Positions 1 through 9,337 of a DNA stretch of 64,000 nt are shown one piece after another; the stretch's first letter is position 1, and every line of letters begins with the position of its first letter. The translations under genes and the position numbers were made by a program. The stretch covers positions 1,696,001 to 1,760,000 of the forward strand of contig OY761611.1 in assembly GCA_963664875.1 (NCBI GenBank), read 5' to 3'. Below the pieces are notes generated by a model that searched no databases, was not told the origin of the DNA, and was given only the letters and a program-made list of their open reading frames with translations. The stretch is from Candidatus Kapaibacterium sp. (lineage in GTDB: Bacteria; Bacteroidota; Ignavibacteria; Kapaibacteriales; UBA2268).

Positions 1-468
1 AAGCAAACCACCACAGTTAGCTACAATAGCTATAAAGAAAAGAATGGTATGTACTTTGTGTTTTCTTTCTTTGTTTGTGCTTATAAGCGGGCGAATAAGC
101 AGCATAGCCGCTCCTGTTGTACCCATAAACGACGCAAGCACAGCACCGATCCCAAGTATAGAAGCATTTACCGTTGGTTTTGATTCAATATTACCATCTA
201 CAAATATGCCACCGGTGATTACAAACAATCCACCGAGCAGTACGATAAAAGGAATATAGTCAAAAACTACCTGATGAATCAGATCATGTGTCATACCGTT
301 GAAAATCAGCCAAGCACCGGTAGGAATACCTAATCCGAGAGCAATCAATAGCTTGTTTTTGTTGTGTTCCCACCAGTGCCCTGCTACAAGAGGCAATACT
401 GCTATTGCTCCCAGCATCAACACAAATGGTATTAGCGACCAAAGAGGAATTTGATGTATATGTTCCAT
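1..468 (-). CDS. Putative Na+:H+ antiporter / CitMHS_2-type ion transporter, N-terminal part (runs off the window start)
   Basis: Not in the ORF track. Manual translation from ATG at 468: MEHIHQIPLWSLIPFVLMLGAIAVLPL...DYIPFIVLLGGLFVITGG...ASFMGTTGAAMLLIRPL...HTILFFIAIVANCGGLL. Multi-TM, with the GTTGAAMLLIRP motif of this transporter family. Confidence 0.85.
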   Translation of the reverse strand, partial: MEHIHQIPLWSLIPFVLMLGAIAVLPLVAGHWWEHNKNKLLIALGLGIPTGAWLIFNGMTHDLIHQVVFDYIPFIVLLGGLFVITGGIFVDGNIESKPTVNASILGIGAVLASFMGTTGAAMLLIRPLISTNKERKHKVHTILFFIAIVANCGGLL

Positions 469-774
469 TGCCGAACACACCTTACGTATATTAATAAATT
501 GATATTTGTCATTTTTGTGGCATGACATTTCAAAAATACCAAATTAAAGCATTATTCACTCCTTAGCAAGTAAAAGAGTATGAAAGAATAGAAATGTTAT
601 TTCTTTATTCCTCATTCCAGAAACAGCTGAAATTTGTTTTGTTTCCATTAACTGTATATTCGACGTCATATTTGTGTTAATGATAAAAGCTAAAACTTAG
701 TATTTGTTCTCTATTTGATTTAGATAGGGGTTTTATGTTTTTATAAAAGACGTTTTATTACTTAAACCGAGATT

Positions 775-1053
775 TGTCATTAGAAAAAAGCAAACTCAAT
801 CTAAAATCTTATTTTCTTAGAGTTATAACATCAATAAAGTTGTTAAATGAGTAAGATTTGCTTACCATTTTTAGGGAAGTTTATACTCACAAGGCATCAA
901 CTACCCCGCCCTTCGGGCACCCCTTCTTCCCAAGAAGGGGAATCAAAATTCCCCTCTTTTCAAAGAGGGGTGGCACGTCGAAGACGTGACGGGGTGTTCA
1001 AATGTAGCAGACACTTATGTATAAAATCTACTATTGTCAATTTTCTAATGACA
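775..1053. mobile_element. MITE-like unit: 13-bp terminal inverted repeats enclosing a REP doublet
   Basis: TGTCATTAGAAAA (775-787) and TTTTCTAATGACA (1041-1053) are perfect inverted repeats. No coding capacity. Confidence 0.5.
903..996. repeat. REP-like family A, two inverted units (BIME-like doublet)
   Basis: Units 903-943 and 948-996 (inverted) share ACCCCG-[hairpin]-CACCCCT-[hairpin]-AGGGGAAT. Confidence 0.8.
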
Positions 1054-1068
1054 TTCTTGGGTTAAAGA

Positions 1069-1100
1069 AAGAGCTTGCCTCGCAACAGAAACAAGCTCTT
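1069..1100 (-). terminator. Intrinsic terminator hairpin downstream of the SPOR gene
   Basis: AAGAGCTTG...CAAGCTCTT stem with an A-rich run on the left (U-rich tract on the minus strand). Confidence 0.55.
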
Positions 1101-1128
1101 ATACTAATCAATCACTAAGGAAATAAGG

Positions 1129-1983
1129 CTATTTTTTATATATAATCGGGTTGCATTTGCACTGATTAGCTACTATACTTTTAGCAGCTTCTGCTGACTC
1201 TAAGGAAGAATAATCTCCTATGACTACAGCATACATTGCATCTCCGTCAACATCTTTTTCGATTACTTTAGTTATAAGCCCCTGACTCATAAATTTTCTC
1301 ATTTCTGCATTTGCAGCTCCTGTTGTACTATAAATTCCAACCTGCAATCCATATTTACCATTAGATGGCATCTGTGGTTCGGGCTCTATTTCATCTTTGA
1401 GAATTTTAACTTCAGGTTCTTTTTTTACAGGAACAACTATTTCTCTTTTTTCTTCCGGTTCTATTATTTTTACTTTTGGCTTACTCTCAGTTTTTGGAGT
1501 GGTAGCAGCTTGAGCCATCGCTTCAGGATTATAAGTTACTTCCTGCTTTTTTGTTGATTTTTTTGCTAAACCTATAGCAGAGCGAACAACATCAGTAGCA
1601 GGAATTAAAAATTCTGACTTTGGAAATCTTTTTCTGAAGTTATCCAATTCATATTTAGCTTTAGTAGTATCTCCCAATATAGCATGGAACTGAACTATTC
1701 TCCAATAAGCGTCGTCAGCCCATTCACTATTAGGATAAGAATTTACGATTTTCTTGTAAATTTCAAATGCACGGAAAGCATCATCTATGACAACACCATG
1801 CAACAACTGCACACCCGGATCATCAGGATAAGCAGCAAGCAAATCAGGAATTTGAGCTTTTGCGGACTGAACATTGCCGGAAGCTACCAAATTCATAAGC
1901 TCACGCACCTGCTCAGATTGAGCAAACGTGTTATAGGAAACAAGGATAAGATAAATTGCTACAAAAGAAAGTAGGTATCTCAT
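1129..1983 (-). CDS. Secreted TPR + SPOR domain protein (peptidoglycan-binding)
   Basis: Signal peptide; TPR-like YPNSEWADDAYW; C-terminal SPOR (YGLQVGIYS...YAVVIGDYSS); G-rich SD upstream. Confidence 0.85.
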   Translation of the reverse strand: MRYLLSFVAIYLILVSYNTFAQSEQVRELMNLVASGNVQSAKAQIPDLLAAYPDDPGVQLLHGVVIDDAFRAFEIYKKIVNSYPNSEWADDAYWRIVQFHAILGDTTKAKYELDNFRKRFPKSEFLIPATDVVRSAIGLAKKSTKKQEVTYNPEAMAQAATTPKTESKPKVKIIEPEEKREIVVPVKKEPEVKILKDEIEPEPQMPSNGKYGLQVGIYSTTGAANAEMRKFMSQGLITKVIEKDVDGDAMYAVVIGDYSSLESAEAAKSIVANQCKCNPIIYKK

Positions 1984-2198
1984 TGCAATCCCCCCAGATC
2001 GAAATTAGAATGTATTTTTGTCTCTTTATGCTAAAGCTAAATATAAGAAAAAAAGATTACAAGCAATAATAAATTTATAATGAACTGCATTTTTTCTTTT
2101 AGGAGTGTATATCAATCAGAATTATTTAGTAGTTCTTAGTCTTTTCTTACACTTTGTATATGCAGCATTGTCATTTAGGCATTCATCTGCTTATTTAC

Positions 2199-2206
2199 TA
2201 ATTTTG
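2199..2206 (+). promoter_or_regulatory. TAnnTTTG-type -7/-10 promoter box for upp
   Basis: TAATTTTG about 30 nt before the ATG. The same box recurs before several housekeeping genes. Confidence 0.5.
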
Positions 2207-2235
2207 TAAATTATATATACTATCAGGCATTTACA

Positions 2236-2862
2236 ATGAAAAACGTCAATCTTATAAACCATCCTCTCGCCTTGCACGATTTATCCTTGTTGAGAGACAA
2301 AAATCTGCATTTTGAGCATTTCAAAGCAATTTTAAAAAGAATTTCGACTCTTATTGCTTATCAGGCAACTTCGGATCTACCGGTACGAAATTATGAGCTC
2401 GAAACCCCATTAGAAAGAACAACCGGACAGGCTATTGATTCAGACATTATTGCTACCCCTATATTAAGAGCAGGCCTTGGTATGCTTGATGGCTTCCTGC
2501 AGGCAGTTCCTTATGCAAAAACGGCTTTGATAGGCATGAAAAGAGACGAAGAGACTTTTGAGGGCATTCAGTATCTATACTCCCTTCCTGAAACAAATGA
2601 AAAAAGCATTTTCTTTGTACTTGATGTGATGCTTGCTACCGGAGTATCTCTATCAGAATCATTACATAAGCTACAAAACGAAAAGCATAAAGAGATTAGA
2701 ATCCTCAATGTATTGGCTACGCCTGAAGGTATCGAAAGGATAAGCAATGAATTCCCAAATGTACAAATATATACTGTCAGCATAGACAGAGAATTAAATG
2801 ATAAAAAATATATTCTGCCCGGGCTCGGAGATGCGGGTGATAGGATTTTTGGTACACTTTAA
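2236..2862 (+). CDS. upp: Uracil phosphoribosyltransferase
   Basis: PILRAGLGM, D-x-MLATG and YILPGLGDAGDRIFGT motifs; 208 aa. Confidence 0.97.
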   Translation: MKNVNLINHPLALHDLSLLRDKNLHFEHFKAILKRISTLIAYQATSDLPVRNYELETPLERTTGQAIDSDIIATPILRAGLGMLDGFLQAVPYAKTALIGMKRDEETFEGIQYLYSLPETNEKSIFFVLDVMLATGVSLSESLHKLQNEKHKEIRILNVLATPEGIERISNEFPNVQIYTVSIDRELNDKKYILPGLGDAGDRIFGTL

Positions 2863-2989
2863 CAATTTCTCTTAAGTACGGATTTTTTTGGATACATCAT
2901 ATATTTATTTGCTACTTTTCCTACTTAATATTATCTTGATATTACCGATAATTACATGTATAAGTAATCAATATTTCGGCAAATATTAA

Positions 2990-3718
2990 ATGAGTAAAAT
3001 ATTTACGACATTCATAATGCTTTTCATCTCAGTTTTGGTTTTTGCTCAGCAAATACCAAATAGGATTGTTATTAATAACTCAAACATCAAAACTGCTGCA
3101 GTAAGACTAATAAACAAATCACCATATATCACTTTGCCTGAAGCTGCCCGAATTATCTCATATAAAGTAAACGGCTCAACACAAATGCAAAGCGGCAACA
3201 CAATTATCAAAATTGCTCCCGGATCATTTTTTGTAGTAATAGAATCATCCGAAAAAATGAAAATTGCTCAAATGCTCCAGCCGGTGATTATTGTTGATAA
3301 TACTCTATACATCCCCTATTTAAGTTTCATGACTTCACTTGAAACATTAGGGCTTTACTCCGTATCTCAAACCAAAAAAGAAATCTTACTTACAGAAAAC
3401 ACGACAGCAACTCCAACTTTAAAAGAAGACATCCCGCAGCACATAATGGCTGAAAAAAAAGTTGAAGAGAAAGAAACCACAGAAAACAATAAACCTAAAG
3501 AAGTCAAGAACTCAAAAGTTGCTGAAACCCCTCAGGAACCGGATGATTTTTTCAAAGCTTTCGCTCAAACATCTAAAATCATGCGAAAAAGTCTCCAATA
3601 TCTAAATCCGGACACTACAGAAAAAAGAGAAGTAAAACCCGCAACAAGCGAGCAAACTCCGCCCAACAGATATGTCATTCCTAAAAAACTAAAGCGCTCA
3701 GCATTGGGCGAAAAGTAA
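2990..3718 (+). CDS. Secreted hypothetical protein (N-terminal beta domain resembling the non-catalytic N-terminus of amidases; charged low-complexity tail)
   Basis: Signal peptide; YITL.EAA and PVIIVDNTLYIP segments; E/K-rich linker. Confidence 0.6.
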   Translation: MSKIFTTFIMLFISVLVFAQQIPNRIVINNSNIKTAAVRLINKSPYITLPEAARIISYKVNGSTQMQSGNTIIKIAPGSFFVVIESSEKMKIAQMLQPVIIVDNTLYIPYLSFMTSLETLGLYSVSQTKKEILLTENTTATPTLKEDIPQHIMAEKKVEEKETTENNKPKEVKNSKVAETPQEPDDFFKAFAQTSKIMRKSLQYLNPDTTEKREVKPATSEQTPPNRYVIPKKLKRSALGEK

Positions 3719-4011
3719 GAAGTGAAAACTAAACAGTAGCCTAATTATAGCATTAGCAGATGCTTTTCATTCGTCTAAGGACTATTTTTTACGTAAAACC
3801 AAAGTCCTCTTCGGATAAGTGGTTTTATATATTGAATTTACACTTTTATTGGCATAGAGTTTACAAATACATTCTTTAGATTAAAAAGACTGACAATTCG
3901 ATAAAGGGATTGAGTGAATGTTTTATTTTTTGCCAAAAGCCATTTCTATCCTATCGTTAGTTATGGCTTTTTTGATTTGTGAAAAGTGTTCGGAACAGAT
4001 ACAAATAAAAA

Positions 4012-4054
4012 AGTGTTGACAATGCAATATAAATTTAGTATAATTGTCAACACT
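4012..4054 (+). promoter_or_regulatory. Consensus sigma70-type promoter overlapped by a 12-bp inverted-repeat operator
   Basis: TTGACA 4016-4021, 17-nt spacer, TATAAT 4039-4044. Inverted repeat AGTGTTGACAAT (4012-4023) / ATTGTCAACACT (4043-4054). Confidence 0.85.
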
Positions 4055-4069
4055 AAAAAGGGAAAAAAT

Positions 4070-5125
4070 ATGTCTCAGGTGTTTGCACATAAACTTGCTT
4101 CTGCTAGAAAGTTATCCGGCTTATCTTTAAGAGAACTCGCCAATAAATTAGATAATTCTCTTACTGCGCAGGCTATTAGTTTGTATGAAAAAGGTAAACG
4201 AATGCCTGACAGTAGCATCGTTATTGCATTAGCAGAAGCACTTCGTGTTCCTGTGGACTACTTCTTTCGTGAAAACAAAATACAACTTGGTGAAGTAGAT
4301 TTTCGCAAAAAATCGAAATTGAACAATAAAAAGATTGTACAAATCAAAGAGTTTGCATTAGATTATTTGGGAAGATATTTTGAAATAGAAAATATTCTCA
4401 ATAAAAACATTCCTTTTCATAATCCTATTACCTGCTGTAATAAAATTTCTACACACAATAGTATCGAAATTGCTGCAAATCATTTAAGAAAAGAATGGAA
4501 TTTAGGAATTAACCCAATTCCTAATATTATTGAGATGTTAGAAGAAAGAGGCATAAAACTTATAGAAATCGACTCAGTCGAAGAATTTGACGGCTTTTCT
4601 ACTTATGTCCAAAATATTCCTATCATTGTAATCAATCAAAATATAGATACTGTTAGGAAGAGATTCACTATCTTACATGAGTTAGCTCATCTGCTACTGA
4701 ATTTTGACAGTAGCTTATCAGAAAAAGAAATTGAAAGATATTGTCATAGTTTTGCCGGAGCATTTTTATTACCGGAGGAAGCAATATCTCGATACTTTTC
4801 TAAGAGCAGAAGCAAATTTGCCATAGAAGAACTAATTGAAATAAAAGAGTACTTCGGTATATCTGTGCAGGCAATAGTTTACAGACTATTCAATTTAGAT
4901 TATATCTCGGATAGAAGCCTGAAAGAATTTTTCATCAATCTTAGGAAAAACAGACTCCAAGATGAGAAAGATTGGGGAAGCTATAAAGGAGAAGAAAGTA
5001 GTAGCCGATTTGAAAGATTAGTCTATATGGCAGTAAGTGAAGAAATAATCTCGCTTAGTATGGCAGCACAACTTTTAAATCGAGACCTCGAAAGTTTTAG
5101 AAATAGTCTAAAGCTTATCTCATGA
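4070..5125 (+). CDS. XRE-family HTH fused to an ImmA/IrrE-family zinc metallopeptidase
   Basis: HTH (ARKLSGLSLRELA...AISLYEKGKRMP) plus HExxH (RFTILHELAH) and ERYCHSFAGAFLLP. Start moved to ATG 4070, which follows the promoter and SD AAGGGA. Confidence 0.92.
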   Translation: MSQVFAHKLASARKLSGLSLRELANKLDNSLTAQAISLYEKGKRMPDSSIVIALAEALRVPVDYFFRENKIQLGEVDFRKKSKLNNKKIVQIKEFALDYLGRYFEIENILNKNIPFHNPITCCNKISTHNSIEIAANHLRKEWNLGINPIPNIIEMLEERGIKLIEIDSVEEFDGFSTYVQNIPIIVINQNIDTVRKRFTILHELAHLLLNFDSSLSEKEIERYCHSFAGAFLLPEEAISRYFSKSRSKFAIEELIEIKEYFGISVQAIVYRLFNLDYISDRSLKEFFINLRKNRLQDEKDWGSYKGEESSSRFERLVYMAVSEEIISLSMAAQLLNRDLESFRNSLKLIS

Positions 5126-5616
5126 AAATAGCGATAAAAGATGCCAACATATTCTTCGATTTGCTTGAAATGGATTTGATTGATGAGTTTTTGAGTCTTA
5201 ATTATAGCTTTCTAACGAGCAATTTTGTTCAATCAGAGATAAAATCTGAAAAAGCAAAATCAAAGTTTCAGTCCATCACTCAAAAGGGTCTAATCAAGAT
5301 AGAATCGCTTTCTTTTGAGGAAATGACAGAAGCCTACAAGCTAAAAGAACTAAAAGCAGGTCTATCAATGCCTGATTGTTCTGTTATTTATCTCGCACAA
5401 AAACATGACGCTATGCTACTTTCAGGCGACAAGCCTGTAAGGTTAGCAGCGAAAAGCGTAGGAATTGAGTACCATGGTGTCCTTTGGGCTTTAGATGAGA
5501 TGATTGAGCAAAGTATTATTCCTAAAAAGACTGCTAAGATTAAGCTACAGCAACTTATGTTGACTAATGATCGATTGCCTAAGTCTGAATGTAAAAAAAG
5601 ATTAGAAAGATGGTAA
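5122..5616 (+). CDS. PIN-like domain protein (DUF3368/VapC-like), putative toxin
   Basis: IKDANIFFDL, GLSMPDCS and LLSGDKPVR acidic PIN motifs; ATGA overlap with the upstream gene. Confidence 0.85.
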   Translation: MKIAIKDANIFFDLLEMDLIDEFLSLNYSFLTSNFVQSEIKSEKAKSKFQSITQKGLIKIESLSFEEMTEAYKLKELKAGLSMPDCSVIYLAQKHDAMLLSGDKPVRLAAKSVGIEYHGVLWALDEMIEQSIIPKKTAKIKLQQLMLTNDRLPKSECKKRLERW

Positions 5617-5754
5617 AGCTCTCCCCCAAAAATTACTCCACCACCTCAAATGTTTGTTTTTCTTAGCCTAATTTCCTAATTTACACTTTATATAGCCCTC
5701 TTTATAACAGGGCTAATTTAAGTTACTTATTCCTTCACATTAGTGAGCTTGGAA

Positions 5755-6126
5755 ATGTCACATTTGATACCTAAAGAAATAAATAGACCTAAGCCGTATG
5801 TCCTATATGCTTCTTGGACTGACGGTTTTGAAAGTATGATTTCCCTTGCGGATTTCAGAGAAGAATGCCCCTGCGCCGAGTGCAAAGGCGAATCTATGAA
5901 AGGGCTTAACGGGCAGGTGCTGCACTTCCCCGGCATGAAACAGTTTAAAGCAGGCATGAACGAACTAAATAAGTTAGAGCCTGTCGGGAATTATGCTGTT
6001 ACTGCCGTATGGGGCGACGGACACGATTCCGGCATCTATACTTGGGAGATTTTCAGAAAGATTTTTGAGAAACACAAACTAACTCCCGAAAAACTTGTCG
6101 AATTAGACCGTAAAATGTCAAAATAA
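5755..6126 (+). CDS. DUF971 / gamma-butyrobetaine hydroxylase-like N-terminal domain protein
   Basis: REECPCAEC and PVGNYAVTAVWGDGHDSGIYTW signature; ATG at 5755. Confidence 0.9.
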   Translation: MSHLIPKEINRPKPYVLYASWTDGFESMISLADFREECPCAECKGESMKGLNGQVLHFPGMKQFKAGMNELNKLEPVGNYAVTAVWGDGHDSGIYTWEIFRKIFEKHKLTPEKLVELDRKMSK

Positions 6127-6152
6127 AATATATTAAAATTTGAGGTAATACA

Positions 6153-8177
6153 ATGACTTTACAGGATTTTCAGGACGCAATCAGACAGGGTATTCCTGAT
6201 GTTTTGCCTGCTGCAAAAACTTATGAGCCGGAAATAAACCACGCTCCTAAAAGAAAAGATATTTTATCCGACGACGAGAAAAAGCTCGCTCTCAAAAATG
6301 CTTTGAGATATTTCGACCCTAAACATCACGAAGAGCTTTCTAAAGAATTTTTGCAAGAGCTTAAAGATTACGGCAGAATTTATATGTATAGATTTCGCCC
6401 TGATTATAAAATTTATGCTCGCTCTATAAATGATTTCCCTCATAACTCTAAGCAAGCTGCAGGCATCATGCTTATGCTTAGCAATAACTTAGATTATGCT
6501 GTTGCTCAGCACCCTCACGAGCTTATTACTTATGGTGGAAATGGCGCAGTATTCCAAAACTGGGCGCAATACCTTCTAACTATGAAGTATCTTTCTGAAA
6601 TGACTGATGAACAAACTCTTGTTATGTACTCTGGCCATCCGATGGGCTTATACCCATCTCACAAAGATGCTCCAAGAGTCGTTGTTACTAATGGTATGGT
6701 TATCCCTAACTACTCTAAGCCTGATGATTGGGAAAAATTCAATGCCTTAGGTGTATCTCAATATGGTCAGATGACTGCAGGTTCTTTCATGTACATTGGC
6801 CCACAAGGTATTGTGCATGGAACAACTATTACATTGCTTAATGCAGGTAGAAAATTCTCCAAAGGCGGAAGCGGTCTTGCAGGCAAACTTTACGTTACAG
6901 CAGGTCTTGGCGGTATGTCAGGTGCTCAGCCTAAAGCAGCAGTTATTGCAGGTTCTGTAAGTATTTGTGCTGAAATAAATCCTAAACCTGCTAAAACTCG
7001 ACATGAGCAAGGCTGGGTAGATGAAATATTTGACGATGTTGACAAAGTAATCGACAGAGCTTTGGAAGCAAAAGCGAACAAAGAAGCTGTCTCTCTTGCA
7101 TTCATCGGTAATATAGTAGATCTTTGGGAACGCATTGTCGAAAGAGATATTGAAGTTGAATTAGGTTCTGACCAAACTTCTCTTCATAACCCTTGGGCAG
7201 GCGGTTATTATCCTGCAGGCTTCAGCTATGAAGAGTCAAATAAAATGATGAGAGACGAACCTGAAAAATTCAAAGAAGAAGTTCAGAAAACTCTTCGTCG
7301 TCACGTTGCTGCTGTAAACAAAATGGCTGAAAAAGGTATGTATTTCTGGGACTACGGCAACGCTTTCCTTCTTGAAGCAAGTAGAGCAGGTGCTGACGTA
7401 ATGAAACCGGGCACAAACAGATTCAAATATCCTTCTTATGTAGAAGATATTATGGGACCAATGTGTTTCGATTATGGTTTTGGTCCTTTCCGTTGGGTAT
7501 GCTCAAGTTCAGATCCTAAAGATTTGGAAATGACTGACAAAATCGCAACAGAAGTATTAGAAGAAATGATGAAAACTGCTCCTGACGAAATCAAACAGCA
7601 AATGGATGACAACATCCGCTGGATCAAAGAAGCAGGTAAAAATAAAATGGTTGTTGGCTCTCAGGCACGCATCCTTTATGCAGATGCTGAAGGTCGTATC
7701 AACATAGCAAAAGCCTTTAACGATGCTATCAAAGCAGGTAAAATCTCTGAGCCTGTTATATTAGGTAGAGATCACCACGACGTTTCAGGTACGGACTCTC
7801 CTTTCCGCGAAACTTCTAACATTTATGATGGCTCAAGCTTCACTGCTGACATGGCTATTCATAATGTTATAGGCGACTCATTCCGCGGTGCTACTTGGGT
7901 TTCTATCCATAATGGCGGTGGCGTTGGCTGGGGCGAAGTTATCAACGGCGGTTTTGGTATGATGCTTGACGGCAGCGAAGATGCAGAACGCAGATTGAAA
8001 ATGATGCTTCACTGGGACGTTAATAACGGCATCTCAAGAAGAAGTTGGGCACGCAATGAAGAAGCAATCTTTGCTATCAAGCGTGCAATGGAAGCAGAAC
8101 CAAGACTTAAAGTTACTCTTCCGAACATCGCAGACGATAATGTGATCAACGCAGCTTTTGATAAGATTTTTAAGTAA
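6153..8177 (+). CDS. hutU: Urocanate hydratase
   Basis: GQMTAGS, YIGPQGIVHGT, GLGGMSGAQP, SDQTS, GRDHHDVSGTDSPFRET, HNGGGVGWG; long (eukaryote/Bacteroidota-type) form. Confidence 0.98.
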   Translation: MTLQDFQDAIRQGIPDVLPAAKTYEPEINHAPKRKDILSDDEKKLALKNALRYFDPKHHEELSKEFLQELKDYGRIYMYRFRPDYKIYARSINDFPHNSKQAAGIMLMLSNNLDYAVAQHPHELITYGGNGAVFQNWAQYLLTMKYLSEMTDEQTLVMYSGHPMGLYPSHKDAPRVVVTNGMVIPNYSKPDDWEKFNALGVSQYGQMTAGSFMYIGPQGIVHGTTITLLNAGRKFSKGGSGLAGKLYVTAGLGGMSGAQPKAAVIAGSVSICAEINPKPAKTRHEQGWVDEIFDDVDKVIDRALEAKANKEAVSLAFIGNIVDLWERIVERDIEVELGSDQTSLHNPWAGGYYPAGFSYEESNKMMRDEPEKFKEEVQKTLRRHVAAVNKMAEKGMYFWDYGNAFLLEASRAGADVMKPGTNRFKYPSYVEDIMGPMCFDYGFGPFRWVCSSSDPKDLEMTDKIATEVLEEMMKTAPDEIKQQMDDNIRWIKEAGKNKMVVGSQARILYADAEGRINIAKAFNDAIKAGKISEPVILGRDHHDVSGTDSPFRETSNIYDGSSFTADMAIHNVIGDSFRGATWVSIHNGGGVGWGEVINGGFGMMLDGSEDAERRLKMMLHWDVNNGISRRSWARNEEAIFAIKRAMEAEPRLKVTLPNIADDNVINAAFDKIFK

Positions 8178-8179
8178 GA

Positions 8180-8217
8180 TTATCTCAACCGAGGAGTTAA
8201 CCCCGCGGTTGAGATAA
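8180..8217. terminator. Long palindrome after hutU (terminator or REP-like)
   Basis: TTATCTCAACCG-AGGAGTTAACCCCG-CGGTTGAGATAA. Confidence 0.6.
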
Positions 8218-8260
8218 AACTTTGTGGCTATACCCAAGATGGTTCAAGCCTATACATTCG

Positions 8261-8288
8261 AGAAGGGAGCTCAGAGATGAGTTCCCTT
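8261..8288. terminator. Hairpin at the 3' end of the convergent DUF4919 gene
   Basis: AAGGGAGCTCA-GAGA-TGAGTTCCCTT followed by ATTTTTTT. Confidence 0.55.
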
Positions 8289-9006
8289 ATTTTTTTGAAT
8301 TGAAGTTGAATTTCCCGAAGAAACTGCTAATATCAAAATAAACCTTCTCAATTTCATACTCATTTTCTTTGACTGACATAACATCATAAGGCTTTTTATC
8401 TTCTGATACCAATGCCTGTTTTGTAAATTGTAAACCCAGTACTTTAAGGATTTCATACTCATCTCTAACGCACATAACTTTGAATGCTGTTTTGGCTGAT
8501 AATCCATCGCCGGAGCTTACAATTACATCAATCAATCGGTTGAATTTATACAACCACTTTTTACTTTCATCAATATTTCCTGCTCTTTTGCTTGCTATAT
8601 AGCAGAAAAAAATATTATCGATAGAAAAAGGTGCAATTTTTGAGATGTTTTTTCCAATTTCATACGCCTTAGCCCAGTCCTCTTGGCTTGGCTCGTCACT
8701 GTTTAAAATTTCTTCTATCTGAGAGGTCTCGTCTGATGTCCTTGCTCCATAACCAGAGTAACCTTCCTGGTCTTCCTGGCCATAATAAAGAGCGTTATAA
8801 TCTGATAATGCCAAAGTCGTATCGTTTTGCTCGTATCTACTAAGCAGCTGATTATATTCTTCCTGGCTCACTTTTCTGGGGATAAATCCTTCACCGGCGT
8901 TAGCCGAAGTTTCAGAAGAGATATTCCTTTTTTGTTGCTCTTTTACAGTAGAGCAAGCTGTAAATAGTGCAAATGACATGACTAATAAGAACAAAATTTT
9001 TCTCAT
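8287..9006 (-). CDS. DUF4919-family lipoprotein
   Basis: Lipobox FTAC; SSGDGLSAKTAFKVMCVRDEYEIL and YFDIS motifs. Confidence 0.85.
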   Translation of the reverse strand: MRKILFLLVMSFALFTACSTVKEQQKRNISSETSANAGEGFIPRKVSQEEYNQLLSRYEQNDTTLALSDYNALYYGQEDQEGYSGYGARTSDETSQIEEILNSDEPSQEDWAKAYEIGKNISKIAPFSIDNIFFCYIASKRAGNIDESKKWLYKFNRLIDVIVSSGDGLSAKTAFKVMCVRDEYEILKVLGLQFTKQALVSEDKKPYDVMSVKENEYEIEKVYFDISSFFGKFNFNSKK

Positions 9007-9337
9007 GATTTTTCCTTTTAGTGAATAACTACTTATTATAATTTAGTTATTTATATTCAATTTGCCAAATGTTAAGTGATTTATTGTACCTTTAATTCAA
9101 TTTTTCCCAACTTATCAATTTATTATAAATTCCCTATGAACCAAATTTTTGCAGCTGTGTATTCAATTAATGTGCGGCGGCAAATCATACCTCTGTCGCA
9201 TATTTCAAAGGGGCTTAACTACACATATTCTTTCATTTTATCGGATTCCGCCTTTCGGGAGGTGTAAGCGCAATCCGGGGATTTGATTAATAACAATATC
9301 ACATATTTTGATTCCAAATTATTATCATAAAATTAAA

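Noticed and set aside
847-1065. 72-aa ORF across the repeat doublet
   Set aside because: It is just the translation of the REP palindromes; no SD and no protein motif.
3850-3865. TGGCATA-GAGT-TTACA as a sigma-54 promoter
   Set aside because: Poor -12, and a perfect sigma70-type promoter already explains the module.
3986-4069. GTG start extension of the XRE-ImmA ORF
   Set aside because: It overlaps the promoter/operator; ATG 4070 has an SD and begins the HTH.
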